Assembly: GCF_035996765.1 (NCBI RefSeq) | Contig: NZ_DASYJG010000061.1 | Span: 12,948-76,947, forward strand | DNA: 64,000 nt | Source of the DNA: Baekduia sp. | GTDB taxonomy: Bacteria > Actinomycetota > Thermoleophilia > Solirubrobacterales > Solirubrobacteraceae | Direction: 5' to 3' | Shown here: one piece after another, positions 27,501-38,000 of the stretch | How the letters are laid out: the number at the start of each line of letters is the position of its first letter | Position numbering within the stretch: the stretch's first letter is position 1 | Translations under genes and position numbers: made by a program | Notes under the pieces: generated by a model | Told to the model about the DNA's origin: nothing | What the model saw: only the letters and a program-made list of their open reading frames with translations | Database searches by the model: none

Positions 27501-29270
27501 TCAGAACGGAGCCGGCTGCCCGAACATCTCCCCCAGCCGCATCGCGACCGCGAAGTCACCGGCGAGCTCGAGGCGACCGGTCAGCACCGCCTTGATCGGA
27601 TCGAGATCGCGACCGGCGATGCGCACGAAATCGGCGACCGACAGGGTGAGCGTCAGCTTGGCGGCGTCCGAGACGCCGGGCCGCGCGCTGGCGCGCTCGC
27701 CGTCGATGGTGACCGTCCAGGGGCGCAGCGTGCCGTCGGCCGCGCGCAGGTTGTATTGGATGTCGCCGGTGAAGCCGGCCGCGCGCTCGGCGACGAACTG
27801 GCGCTCCATGCCGGCAAAGAGGAGCTTGAGGCCGGGCGCCGACCCGGCCGTGCGCGCGAGCCGCTCGTCGCCGGCGCGCCGCACGAAGGCCTGGAAGATG
27901 TGCTCACCGCGGGCCTCCAGGGTGCGGCGCAGGGCGGCGACGGTGGCCTTCGGCGCCCGTCGGGTGCTGGCGAGGGCGCCGGGCGCGGCGGGGCTCGGCA
28001 CGGCGGTCGCGTGCGCGTCGGTCCCGCTGACATCGGCCTTGAACGCGTAGCCACGCGCGACGGTCTGGCGCGGAGCGCGGCGCTCCAGAGCGCGACGAGG
28101 CGCATCGCCGAGCCGCTCACGCTTGGCCTCCTCACGCGCGGGGCGGCGCTGCGCGAACTCCGGCATGACCTCGGCGGCGAAGAGCTCCAATGCCTCCATG
28201 ATGTCGTTGTGGGTGGTCTTGCCGGTCTGGACGCAGAGCATGAGCTCGTCGACGCCGGCGGTCTCGTAGCGGCCGATCAGCTCACGGACCTGAGCGGGGG
28301 TGCCGATGGCGCCGCGCAGCGAGGCCAGACCGTTGTTGAGGATCTTGACGCCGAGCGGTCCGCCGTCGGCGGTGATGGCGGAGCGGGCGAGGCCGGCGTC
28401 GTCGCGGCGGGCCAGGAACTCGTCCCAGATCGAGGTGCGCCCCGGCTCGTGCTCGCCGAATGCCTCGTAGTGGCCGCGCGCATAGGCGAAGAAGTGGGCG
28501 CCGTCGATGCCGCGCTCGATCGCCTGGGCCTCGTCGGCGTGGACCAACATCGACAGCGCCACGGCGATGTTGGGGTTGATGGCGAAGCCGGCGGGAACGC
28601 AGCGGTCGGAGGTGATGATGTCGTAGTACTCGTCGACCCAGGGCTTGGTCTCCTCGGGCTCGGCGAAGGTGAAGCTGAGCGCTCCGAGCCCCTGCTCGGC
28701 GGCGAGCCGGATCGTCTCGCGCTTCGTGGAGGCGACCCAGAGCGGCGGATGCGGCTGCTGCAACGGCTTGGGGACGACGTTGCGCGGCGGCATCTTGATG
28801 TGGTCGCCATCGATGCCGGCGAACGGGGTCTCGACCATCATCTCTGCGACGGTCGTGATCGCCTCGGCCCACTGGGCGCGCGCGGTCGCACGATCGACCC
28901 CGAGGCCCGCGAGCTCAGCGCCGGTCGAGCCCTCCCCCGTGCCGAGCTCGACCCGACCGTCGGAGACGAGGTCGAGCGTCGCGGCGGTCTCGGCGACCCG
29001 CGCGGGGTGCTGGTAGCCGAGCGGGAGCGGCAGGACGCCGAAGCCCAACCTGATGCTCTTGGTCCGCTGCGACGCTGCGGCGAGAAAGACGCCGGGCGCG
29101 GCAGAGTGGGAGCACTCCTCCAGGAAGTGGTGCTCGACGGCCCACACGGTGTCGAAGCCGAGGCGGTCGGCCAACTCGACCTGGACGAGCGCCTCCTGCA
29201 GGAGACGGTGCTCGGCACCGGGCTCCCAGGGACGGGGGAGCTGGTGCTCGTAGAGCAGGGAGAAACGCAC
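27501..29270 (-). CDS. LLM-class flavin-dependent oxidoreductase fused to an SCP2 sterol-binding domain
   Basis: W.VEHHFLEE.SHS, HPARVAE..ATLD..SDGRVELGTG; C-terminal A.LTGRL.L.GD..VAM. Confidence 0.9.
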   Translation of the reverse strand: MRFSLLYEHQLPRPWEPGAEHRLLQEALVQVELADRLGFDTVWAVEHHFLEECSHSAAPGVFLAAASQRTKSIRLGFGVLPLPLGYQHPARVAETAATLDLVSDGRVELGTGEGSTGAELAGLGVDRATARAQWAEAITTVAEMMVETPFAGIDGDHIKMPPRNVVPKPLQQPHPPLWVASTKRETIRLAAEQGLGALSFTFAEPEETKPWVDEYYDIITSDRCVPAGFAINPNIAVALSMLVHADEAQAIERGIDGAHFFAYARGHYEAFGEHEPGRTSIWDEFLARRDDAGLARSAITADGGPLGVKILNNGLASLRGAIGTPAQVRELIGRYETAGVDELMLCVQTGKTTHNDIMEALELFAAEVMPEFAQRRPAREEAKRERLGDAPRRALERRAPRQTVARGYAFKADVSGTDAHATAVPSPAAPGALASTRRAPKATVAALRRTLEARGEHIFQAFVRRAGDERLARTAGSAPGLKLLFAGMERQFVAERAAGFTGDIQYNLRAADGTLRPWTVTIDGERASARPGVSDAAKLTLTLSVADFVRIAGRDLDPIKAVLTGRLELAGDFAVAMRLGEMFGQPAPF

Positions 29271-29311
29271 GCCGCGGAGCCTACGCGTCACGCGGCGGTG
29301 GCCTAGAACTA

Positions 29312-29339
29312 GCGAGGGCCCTCCGAAGAGGGCCCTCGC
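29312..29339 (-). terminator. Stem-loop downstream of rnpB
   Basis: 12-bp perfect stem GCGAGGGCCCTC with TTCG loop on the minus strand. Confidence 0.7.
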
Positions 29340-29341
29340 CG

Positions 29342-29673
29342 TAGCACGCCTGTAAGCCGGATCTTGTCTTGGACGACCATCCATCTACGCGGCCGACCTG
29401 GACCTTGGCGGGCAGCCTGCAAACGGTCCTGCTTGGCCTTGCACCTGGTGGGGTTTGCCTGGCCACGTCATGTCACCACGACGGCGGTGCGCTCTTACCG
29501 CACCTTTTCACCCTTGCCTGTGCGGGGCGCACGTGCGGCCCCGCCATCGGCGGTATGTCTCTGTGGCACTTTCCCGCGGCTTTCACCGGGTCGACTTGCG
29601 CCGACCACCATGCCCTGTGGTGTCCGGACTTTCCTCGACGGGATTTCTCCCCGCCGCAGCCGTCCAGCGTGCC
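29342..29673 (-). ncRNA. rnpB: RNase P RNA, class A
   Basis: GAGGAAAGTCCGG, GAAAGTGCCACAGA, AGGGTGAAA.GGTGCGGTAAGAGCGCACC, GGCAAACCCC, ACAAGATCCGGCTTA; P1 GCACGC/GCGTGC. Confidence 0.97.
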
Positions 29674-29750
29674 CACCGAGCGTAGCGCCGCTGCGGCGCA
29701 ACGCAAGGACTGCAGGCGAATGATCGGACCGACCCGGCCGCCCGCGCCCG

Positions 29751-29780
29751 CCCGCCCCGCCCCGCCCCGCCCCGCCCCGC
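29751..29780. repeat. (CCCGC)6 microsatellite
   Basis: Six perfect pentamer units, about 80-110 bp upstream of the rnpB 5' end. Confidence 0.85.
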
Positions 29781-29816
29781 CCGACGAGCCCTGAACGCTC
29801 GCCGGACCTGCCGTGC

Positions 29817-30158
29817 CTAGGAGATCGTCGTCCCGCAGTTGCGACAGCGCCCGCCGACCGGCACGGGCCCGGCGCTGTAGCGGGGCGTCATCGCCTCACC
29901 ACAGGCCAGGCACGCGACGATGCGGTGTGCGGCAAGGCCCTCCCAGACCCCGACGATCACGTCGTCGAGGGTCGGCCCGCCGCCCTGCTGGACCATCGAT
30001 TCGTGCGCGCGTTGATCGCCGCCCTTCGGCACCGCCGGGGCGGGGATCCGCCGCGGCGAGCGATCGCGCGCGAAGCCGGGGCCCCGCAGACGCTTGCTGT
30101 CCTGCACCGGATCAAGGATCGGAGGACGGAAGAGATCCAACGTGAGCGTCGCGCTCAT
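29817..30158 (-). CDS. Hypothetical zinc-ribbon protein co-transcribed with lexA
   Basis: Starts 1 bp after the lexA stop; CLACG..CRNCG. Confidence 0.75.
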   Translation of the reverse strand: MSATLTLDLFRPPILDPVQDSKRLRGPGFARDRSPRRIPAPAVPKGGDQRAHESMVQQGGGPTLDDVIVGVWEGLAAHRIVACLACGEAMTPRYSAGPVPVGGRCRNCGTTIS

Positions 30159-30159
30159 G

Positions 30160-30792
30160 TCACACGCTCCGGAAGAGTCCGACGACCCGGCCCATGATCC
30201 GCACGTCCTTGGAGCGGATCGGCTCCATCGTCGTGTTCTCGGGCTGAAGGCGGATGTGGTCGGTCTCGCGGAAGAACCGCTTGACCGTCGCCTCCTCCCC
30301 CACCAACGCCACGACGATGTCGCCGTCGGAGGCGTTCTCCTGCTTGTGGACGACGACGTAGTCGCCCTCCAGGATGCCCGCGTCCTTCATCGACTCACCG
30401 CGGATGCGCAGGACATACTCGCCCTTGTCGCCGCCGGCGACCGGCGGAACCTCCACGTACTCCTCGATGTTCTCCTCGGCCAGGATCGGCTGGCCCGCGG
30501 CGACCGAGCCGACCAGCGGCAGCCCCGCCGGCCGCACGAGCGACCGCACGTTGTCCACCGCATCGCCGACCGCCGACGACGCCTTGTCCAGGAGCTCGAG
30601 CGCCCGCGGCTTCGACGGATCCCGCCGCAACAGCCCGAGCTTCTCGAGGTTCGCCAAATGCGCGTGCACCGTGGAGGACGACGCGAGGCCGACGGCCTTG
30701 CCGATATCCCGCACCGTGGGCGGGTATCCGTGCTTGGCCGAATACCGCTTGATGAAGTCGAAGATCTCCTGCTGGCGCTTGGTCAGATCCAC
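30160..30792 (-). CDS. lexA: SOS repressor LexA
   Basis: LTKRQ.EI, GYPPTVRDI, VAAG.PI cleavage site, GESM, EATVKR; start GTG 30792 or 30801. Confidence 0.97.
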   Translation of the reverse strand: MDLTKRQQEIFDFIKRYSAKHGYPPTVRDIGKAVGLASSSTVHAHLANLEKLGLLRRDPSKPRALELLDKASSAVGDAVDNVRSLVRPAGLPLVGSVAAGQPILAEENIEEYVEVPPVAGGDKGEYVLRIRGESMKDAGILEGDYVVVHKQENASDGDIVVALVGEEATVKRFFRETDHIRLQPENTTMEPIRSKDVRIMGRVVGLFRSV

Positions 30793-30823
30793 CGGGGTCA
30801 CCTTTCGCCACTCGCGTCTCGGT

Positions 30824-30837
30824 CGAACATGTGTTCG
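30824..30837. promoter_or_regulatory. LexA (SOS) box, autoregulatory
   Basis: CGAACATGTGTTCG upstream of lexA. Confidence 0.92.
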
Positions 30838-30918
30838 TGAAGGTAGCGGGCTCTTCAGACGGAATCAAGCCAACGTCGCCGATCGCCCCCTCTCGGTAGA
30901 CTGACGACCGCCTGTCAC

Positions 30919-31004
<86 letters not shown>

Positions 31005-31005
31005 T

Positions 31006-31046
31006 GAACGGAGAAAGCCCCGCACAGCGCGGGGCTTTCTTCGTTC
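31006..31046. terminator. Likely bidirectional intrinsic terminator
   Basis: AGAAAGCCCCGC-N5-GCGGGGCTTTCT between the convergent tRNA and CDS. Confidence 0.8.
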
Positions 31047-31089
31047 TCAGACCTTTATGAGCGCCGGCACGATCCTGAGCCGGCCGACA

Positions 31090-34000
31090 TCACTTCTTGT
31101 CGGACTTCGACGCGCCGTGGATCGTCAGCGTCTTGTGCATGATCTTGGCCTTCTTGGCGCCCTTGGGCGTGAAGGAGATCGTGAGCCTGACCGTGACGTT
31201 GCGATGGTGAGCCAAGGCGGCGCGCGCCGCTCGGGTCAACTTCGCCGTCAGGGTCGCGCTCGTCGCCGAGGCGATCGTGCGGCTGGTCTTGGTGATGGCG
31301 TTGCCCGACACCGCGACCTTGCCCGCCCCGAGACCGCCGACCGTCAGCTTGAGCGCCGTGCTCGTGTGGCTCGAGGCGGTGACGCCCAGCGTGCACGGTG
31401 TGCCGATCGTCACCGTCGCATCGGTGACCTTGCCGTTCTGGCCCGTCGCCTCCTGCGTGGCCTTCTGGGTGCTCTTGCAGATGTTGGCGCCCGACACCAC
31501 GAGGATCCCGTGCTTGCCGCCGTCGATGTCGAGCGTGAACTTCGAGACCGGTGCGTCGGGGATCAGGTCGAACGTCGAGACCAGGTGCTTGTTGTCGGGG
31601 ACCGAGCTCAGGCCGGTGAGGTTGAGCCGCAGCCCGTTGGGCCCGGTCAGCGGGATCACCAGCTTGGGCAACGTCCGGATCTGCCGGCCGGTCTTCGCAT
31701 CGACACGGATGTTCTTGACGAAGTACACCGGCCCGGTCAGCGGCCCGTCGAGAATCGGCGACTCGGCCGTGACGTGTCCGACGATGCTGGCCTTCGGACA
31801 GGTCGGTTCGACCTTCGAGCCATCGGCGAACTCACACAGCGCCTGGGCGTTGTCAGGATCCAGCGCCAGGCTGAGCGGCAGGGTCACCTCGACCTTCTTG
31901 AGGTTCGCCAGGCCGGGCGTCTGCGTCAGCACCGCGTGCACACCGGGGTGCTTGTCGTCGGTGGTCTGGCCCTTGCCCGTCAAGCTCAGCGCCAGCTTCG
32001 GCGCAACGGCCAGCGAGCTGCAGTTGCCAACCTGGAACCGCGAGCCCACCGCAGCCGAGCCACCCTCCCAGGAGCCCAGCGTGCCGGAGATCGCCATCGG
32101 GTCACAGGACGTCGGGTTGAGCATGAAACCCGGACGATCCATGTTCACGCTGATCGACCGAACCCGCAACGGGAATCCATCGGTCTCACCATCATCACCC
32201 TTCACATCCAGGATGTTGGGCACGTCATCAGAGACCGCGGTCACGTGCGCGTCGATCGGGTCGACGTTGATCGCGGCCCGCACCACCACCGTCCCGAGAT
32301 CAAACGGGCCGGCGATCGCCCGCGTGACGATCGACAAGCCGTATGGCCCGCCCTTGTAGGGCCCGGTGAGGAACACCTTGCCCGCCACGTGGAACGGGTT
32401 GCTGCCCGGACCCGCCGCCACATCGGTCGTGCCGACCTGCGACGCGTCGCTGCACGTGCCCGACGCCGCATCGCTGTCAGAGCACAACGGCACCGACCCG
32501 ACATTGGCCAGCAGACCGGGCGCCAGCGTCGTGGTCACCGATTTGACGTGCTGCTGACCGTCAGCCCGGGTGACCTTCAACGTGAAGCCCGTCGCATGCC
32601 CTGCCGACGGATTGGTCGTACCGGCCGTAAACGACGGGGCAAACCCGCCCGCGCAGTTGGCGTTGACCGCAAAGCTGTCGCCCGGCGTCTTGGCCGGCGT
32701 GCCACTCCACGGCGACAACGCCGTCACCGTCGAGAACGTCCCACAGCCATCTGCGGTGGCCAGCGCCGCACGCGGCCCACCGAAGAAGTCCAGCTTGAAA
32801 TCGCTGAAGGGCAGCTGCGGGTTGTCGTCAAACGTGGTCGTCAACTGCCCGGTGGCGGGGTCGGCATGCACCTTGCCAGCGAGCTTGACCACGATCCCCG
32901 ACTGCGGATCGTCAACCGCGATGTAGATCCCCAGCACCGAGTCGGTCGGGTTGTCGTTCTGGGCCGCCAGATACACCGCGCCCTTGACCGGGTGATCCAG
33001 CAGCGGCGTGTCGATCTCGACCGAGCCGACCTTCGCCGCGTCAGGGCAGTGCGCCGCGCCCGGGCCATGGATGTCGACCTGCGTCGGAGTGCAGGCATCA
33101 AGACCGTCGGCCGAGGACGGGTTGACCGAGACGCCCTCGGGAAGGGTGACGACGGCCTTCTTCAGATCGGCGGCGGCGAGGCCGTCGGTGTCCTGGAGGC
33201 CGGCCTGGGGAATGCGGAGGTCGACATGCAGGCCCGTGGCGGAATCCGCAACGGTGACGTCGGGCTGGACGGTGATCGACGGCGTGAAGTCAAGCCGATC
33301 ACAACCGGTCCCGCCGATCGGGCTGCCCACGTTGTCATGACTCAGGAAGGACCGGCTCGCAAAGACACCAGGGTTCTCCCACGAATCGGCACGGATCGTG
33401 GTCGTGACGGGACCCGTGCAGGAGGTGGGAAGCGTGAGGAACGGCTTCAGCGGCTGATCGGAGGGGCAGGAGTCAGCGTCGGGCGTCTTGACGCAGATGC
33501 CGCGGAATTGATCGTGCGCAGGATCGGCGGGCACGCCGAAGAAGGTCGCTTCGGACCGGAGCAGCGCGTAGGTCTGGTTGACATTGTCGGCCTTGACGGT
33601 GAGGCCGTAGTCACCGCCGGTGCGGAGCGCGGCGTCGAGGCGGACCGGAGCGACCGAAGAGATGAAGCCGAACTGGGCCGGGCGGCCGGGCGGAGGGTCG
33701 AGGTTCCAGATCGGATCGATCTCGTCCGAGCCGTTGGAGCCCGCCGCGAGGACGAGGTGGACATATCCGATGACCGTGTCGTCGGGACAACCGCCAATCC
33801 CCAGGGAGAAATCACCGTTGAAGTCAACCTGCGTGCAGTGGGGGGTGGCGTCGGGGTCGCCGACAAAGCCGGGCGGGAGGTCGACCCGCAGGTCCTTGAG
33901 GTCGCCGTCCGGGTAGCGATATCCCGTGGGAGCGAAGGCGGGGTTGAGGGAGAAGCTGGTCGTGGCCTGGAAGGGATGGGAGCCGGCCTGCGTCACCGGT

Positions 34001-35034
34001 GAGCCGGCCTGCGTGTCGGCGGCGCCGTCAAAGCTGGCAAAGCCGAAGCCGGGCGAAAGCCCCGGTGGAGTGAAGGCGTCGATGCGGTTGTTGGTGGGGT
34101 CGGAGACATAGGCCTGACCGCCCGCCTTGACGGCAACCCCAGCAGAGCCTTCGATATCCGGCGCGAAACGGTAGAGGAGCGTGCCGCTGGAGTCATAGAC
34201 GGTGACCCGCTGGGTTCCCGCGTAATCGTTGAGAACGCCGTCGGCGTAGAGATCGCCGGTGACGGGATCGACAGCCAGCGCGGTCGGGTGATTGGCGTCG
34301 ACGATCGCCGGCGTCGGGGTCGGCGGCGGACCGGTCGTGAAGTCGGAGGCGTCGAAGCGCTCGATGTCGATCTGGTCGTAGGTGTCACCCGCGTAGACCT
34401 TGCCGGCGGCGGCGACGACACCGCACGGGGTGGTGGCGGTCGCGATACCGCCGGAGTAGTCGGACTCCGAGGGGGTCGAGCTCGAGGGCGTGTAGCGCCA
34501 GACGGCCTGCCCCACGTAGTCGCCGACGTAGACGTCTCCGTTGGCCTGATCAACGGCGACGCCGCAGGCGAAGCCGTAGCCGGAGACCGGCGTGCCGGAG
34601 CCGTTCAGGGTCGTGAGCGGAGCGCCATCGTTGCCAAAGACGCGGACGGCGGAGCCGGAGCCATCGGCGACGTAGATGTCACCGTCGGCCGGGCCACCGG
34701 AGCGGTCGATCGCAACCTGCGCGAGGCGGAGGTCGGTCGAGGCCAGCGGCAGGCCGGCGATGGTGTTGGTGCCCGCGCCGGGGCCGGCGGTGAAGTTGTC
34801 CGGCGCCCCGGTCGCGGTGAAGCGATGGAGCTTGCCGTTGGCGGGATCGAGGGCGTAGACGTCGCCGTTGTGCTGGTCGACCGTCAGCGCCTGCGGGCTG
34901 TGACCCGAGAAGCTGCCAAACGAGCCGGCCGGCTGACGGCTGATATCGGCCACGGCCGGGCCGGCAACCACCAGCGCGGTCAGGAGCGCGAGCAGGCTCA
35001 CGCGCCGGGCAATCGGGAAGTTCAGGCGTGTCAT
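31090..35034 (-). CDS. Giant secreted protein: NHL beta-propeller plus Cys-containing beta-rich domains
   Basis: Signal peptide, repeated VAVD..GDVYV.D motifs, basic C-terminal domain. Confidence 0.8.
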   Translation of the reverse strand: MTRLNFPIARRVSLLALLTALVVAGPAVADISRQPAGSFGSFSGHSPQALTVDQHNGDVYALDPANGKLHRFTATGAPDNFTAGPGAGTNTIAGLPLASTDLRLAQVAIDRSGGPADGDIYVADGSGSAVRVFGNDGAPLTTLNGSGTPVSGYGFACGVAVDQANGDVYVGDYVGQAVWRYTPSSSTPSESDYSGGIATATTPCGVVAAAGKVYAGDTYDQIDIERFDASDFTTGPPPTPTPAIVDANHPTALAVDPVTGDLYADGVLNDYAGTQRVTVYDSSGTLLYRFAPDIEGSAGVAVKAGGQAYVSDPTNNRIDAFTPPGLSPGFGFASFDGAADTQAGSPVTQAGSHPFQATTSFSLNPAFAPTGYRYPDGDLKDLRVDLPPGFVGDPDATPHCTQVDFNGDFSLGIGGCPDDTVIGYVHLVLAAGSNGSDEIDPIWNLDPPPGRPAQFGFISSVAPVRLDAALRTGGDYGLTVKADNVNQTYALLRSEATFFGVPADPAHDQFRGICVKTPDADSCPSDQPLKPFLTLPTSCTGPVTTTIRADSWENPGVFASRSFLSHDNVGSPIGGTGCDRLDFTPSITVQPDVTVADSATGLHVDLRIPQAGLQDTDGLAAADLKKAVVTLPEGVSVNPSSADGLDACTPTQVDIHGPGAAHCPDAAKVGSVEIDTPLLDHPVKGAVYLAAQNDNPTDSVLGIYIAVDDPQSGIVVKLAGKVHADPATGQLTTTFDDNPQLPFSDFKLDFFGGPRAALATADGCGTFSTVTALSPWSGTPAKTPGDSFAVNANCAGGFAPSFTAGTTNPSAGHATGFTLKVTRADGQQHVKSVTTTLAPGLLANVGSVPLCSDSDAASGTCSDASQVGTTDVAAGPGSNPFHVAGKVFLTGPYKGGPYGLSIVTRAIAGPFDLGTVVVRAAINVDPIDAHVTAVSDDVPNILDVKGDDGETDGFPLRVRSISVNMDRPGFMLNPTSCDPMAISGTLGSWEGGSAAVGSRFQVGNCSSLAVAPKLALSLTGKGQTTDDKHPGVHAVLTQTPGLANLKKVEVTLPLSLALDPDNAQALCEFADGSKVEPTCPKASIVGHVTAESPILDGPLTGPVYFVKNIRVDAKTGRQIRTLPKLVIPLTGPNGLRLNLTGLSSVPDNKHLVSTFDLIPDAPVSKFTLDIDGGKHGILVVSGANICKSTQKATQEATGQNGKVTDATVTIGTPCTLGVTASSHTSTALKLTVGGLGAGKVAVSGNAITKTSRTIASATSATLTAKLTRAARAALAHHRNVTVRLTISFTPKGAKKAKIMHKTLTIHGASKSDKK

Positions 35035-35081
35035 ACGGACCTTTCGGGTTCGGCTCGCGTCGGTGATCACGGAAGAGACGC

Positions 35082-38000
35082 TCACTTGGAGGCCCCGTTC
35101 TTGAGCGTCAGCGCGACCGTCGCCGACGACGCGGTCCCTTGAGCCGGCGCGTAACCGACCCGCGCGCTGAGCTTCAACCGGTGCCTTCGCTTCAGCGTTC
35201 GCTTGCCGGCGGCGCTCAAGGTGACGGCAACCTTGTAGGAGCCGGCCTTCGCGAAGCTCTTGTGGATGGTCCTGATGCCCGCGCCCGAGATCGTGATCGA
35301 GCCCTTGCCGGGCGCCCTGACCGTCAGCACGAAGCGCGAGCCCGACACCATCGTGTGGGTGACCTTGACCTTCGGGACCGCCTTCACCGTCGCGGGCGCG
35401 GCGTTCCCAGGACCCGTGAACGTGACGGTGGCCGCGTTCTCAGGCAGCGGCGGGCCCACCGGCGCGCCCTTGCACGACTCACCACTGCAGGACACGGCCG
35501 GCGGTGGACTCTGGGAGGCGAGACCACCGTCGACTCGAGCGTCGTAGATGTCGAAGCTCTGGTCGACGTCTTGCCCTGCGAGCCGGTCGCGGGTGAGGAA
35601 GAAGAGACCGGAGCCGTCAGGGGTGGCGTCGAGGAAGATGGCGTTGTCGGAGCTCGTACCGGATGAAACGAGCTTGGCCTGACCGCCGGCCCATTCGTAG
35701 ACATCCTGGCTGGCGTTGGTGTCGCGCGAGACCAGCCGGTCAAAGCTCTGAAAGAAGACGGTGCCATCGTCGGCGATGTCGCGCGGGCGGTGCTGAAGCG
35801 TCCCGACGAAGTCGCCCTCGTGCCCGATCTGAAGGGTGGAAGGTCCGCGGGGACGGCCGCCGGTTGGGTTACACGACGGGCAGCTCAGATGGTTGGAGGT
35901 GGCGTCGTAGAGGTAGACCTCGGGGCAGCGGCCGAGGAACTGCTGACCGTCCGAGTCCCGGCCACAGGCGGGACCTGTCGCAGGCGTGTTGTCGTAGCCG
36001 GTCAGGCTGCCTTGGGACTGGAAGGCGAAATGAGTCCCGTCCGGTGTCGTGACGACGGGCCCGGTCGGTGCGCCTCCGCCCTGGTTGTCGAAGACCTGCC
36101 AATCCTGCGCGTCGCTCGCACCCAGGCGGGCGATGAAGGTGGTGGTGCCGGCGTGGGAGAGGTAGAGGTTGCAGGTTCCGTGGTTGGCGTTGTCGCAGTC
36201 GCCCGGCGTGGCGGGGCCTGCGCCGTCGAGGTCGCCGTTGGCGACGAAGTAGGCGTAGCTGGTGTCGTCGCTTGAGCCGGAGAAGCCGATGAGCTGGACA
36301 TCAGGCGCCGGGGTGAGGTCGGTGAGGGTGCCGGTGTTGAGGTCGTAGCGATAGAGGTTCGGGCCGCTGCCGGGAACCGTGTCTGAGGTGAGCGCAGAGG
36401 AGGCCGGCGCCCTGAAGATGACCATGGAACCGTCGGGGCTGGCCGTGTAGAAAGAGCCCCCGCCGCCGGGGCCGGCGCCCTGAGAGGCGTCCAGCTGGGT
36501 CGTGGTGGTGGCGTTCTCACGGACGTAGAGGTTGCCGTCCAGGCCCTCCCAGAAGATGCGCGAGCCATCGGTGGAGACAACGCGAGGGCTGGAACCCCCG
36601 TATGGGCCTGTGCCGCCGGCCCCATTGCCGGCCGGTATCGGGGTGCCCGAGGGATCGACGTTGACGAGGCGGAGTTGCCCGCCCACCCGCTCGTAGATGT
36701 TGTCCGCGCCGCCGGGAACGGCGTTCGGCGTGAGGGCCTCAGGCGCCGAGAAGACAATGTGGGTCAGATCGGCCGATGTGCCCCCGAGCACCGCGAAACG
36801 GCCATTCGGTATCGCCGGGGTGACAACCTGATAGGAAGGATGGGCGGGATCGGACAGATCGGATAGGTAGATGTTGTTCTGGCCGCCGGTGGCGTCGGGG
36901 CTGAGGTTTGGATAGGGGCCGGTGTCTGTGAGGCCCTTGTCGAGCTCATCGGTGAAGGCGAGGAGAAACCACGGGGCGCTGATGAGGGCTCTCGGGAACT
37001 TCATGGGCGGGGTGATGTCGTTGGTCGTCCAGCCGGTGGTGCCACGACGAGAGAGCATGGTGTTCTGGGTCTGAGCACCGGCGCTGCCGGCCAGCGCGTT
37101 CGCGAAGCTCGCCCAGGCCAGCCCATCGCCAGAAGCGGCGACGCGGGAGATGTCGTGCTCGGCGCCCTGGACGATGACGCCGGCCTCGCCGCCGTTCTTG
37201 TCGGTCGGGGAGACCTGCTCGTAGGCGCGACAGTCAGGCAGGTAAGCCGCGTACGTGGTGCGCAGGGCGGCGTTGGGGCAGGTGTCGGAGGCGGCCGAGG
37301 TGGTCGGCCGGGTGGTGAAGAAGCGGTCAGGGCCCTCGCTCGTCCCGGTGGCGTTGGTGGAGACGACGCGGTAGTGGTAGGTGGTGGCCGGGCTGAGCGC
37401 GGCGATGAGCTGCGTGGCGATCAGGTCTTGCGAACCCGAGCCGAGCGTGGCGTCGGAGGCGGGGGCGCTCTGACCGTAGGAGGTGTCGGTGCCGTAGTCG
37501 AAGTGGTAGGTGGTGCTGGAGTCCTTGGGGTTGATGCGAGCGTTGAGGATGGCGTCGGTGACACCAACCTCACTGGACCACTCGTCCCCGATCGCGGGGC
37601 CGGTGGTGCGGAAGGGCTGATCGGCCGTGTGGGTGGTGCCGTCGCCGTTGGTGGCGACGAGGCGGGCGTGGTAGTCGGTGCCCGGGGCCAGACCGGTGAG
37701 ATCGGCGGAGACGTCGGTCGGCGACGAGATCGGGGACGCCTGGCTGCAGGGGGCGGTAAGGGCGCCGGTGAATCCGTTGGCCTGGAACGAGGCATCGTCG
37801 GTGTAGTCGAAGTGACAGTCGGAGATGTCACCGCCGCCGCTGGAGTCGACGTGGCCGTTGAGGGTCGCGGTGGTCGTGCCGACCGGCGCAGCTGGTGCGA
37901 TCGTGAGGTCGAGCGGCGGGCTGGTGGTGAAGGTCTGGTCGGCTCCGCGGTTGGTCCCCTGGGCATCGACGGCCACGAGACGGAAGTGGTACGTCGTGGC

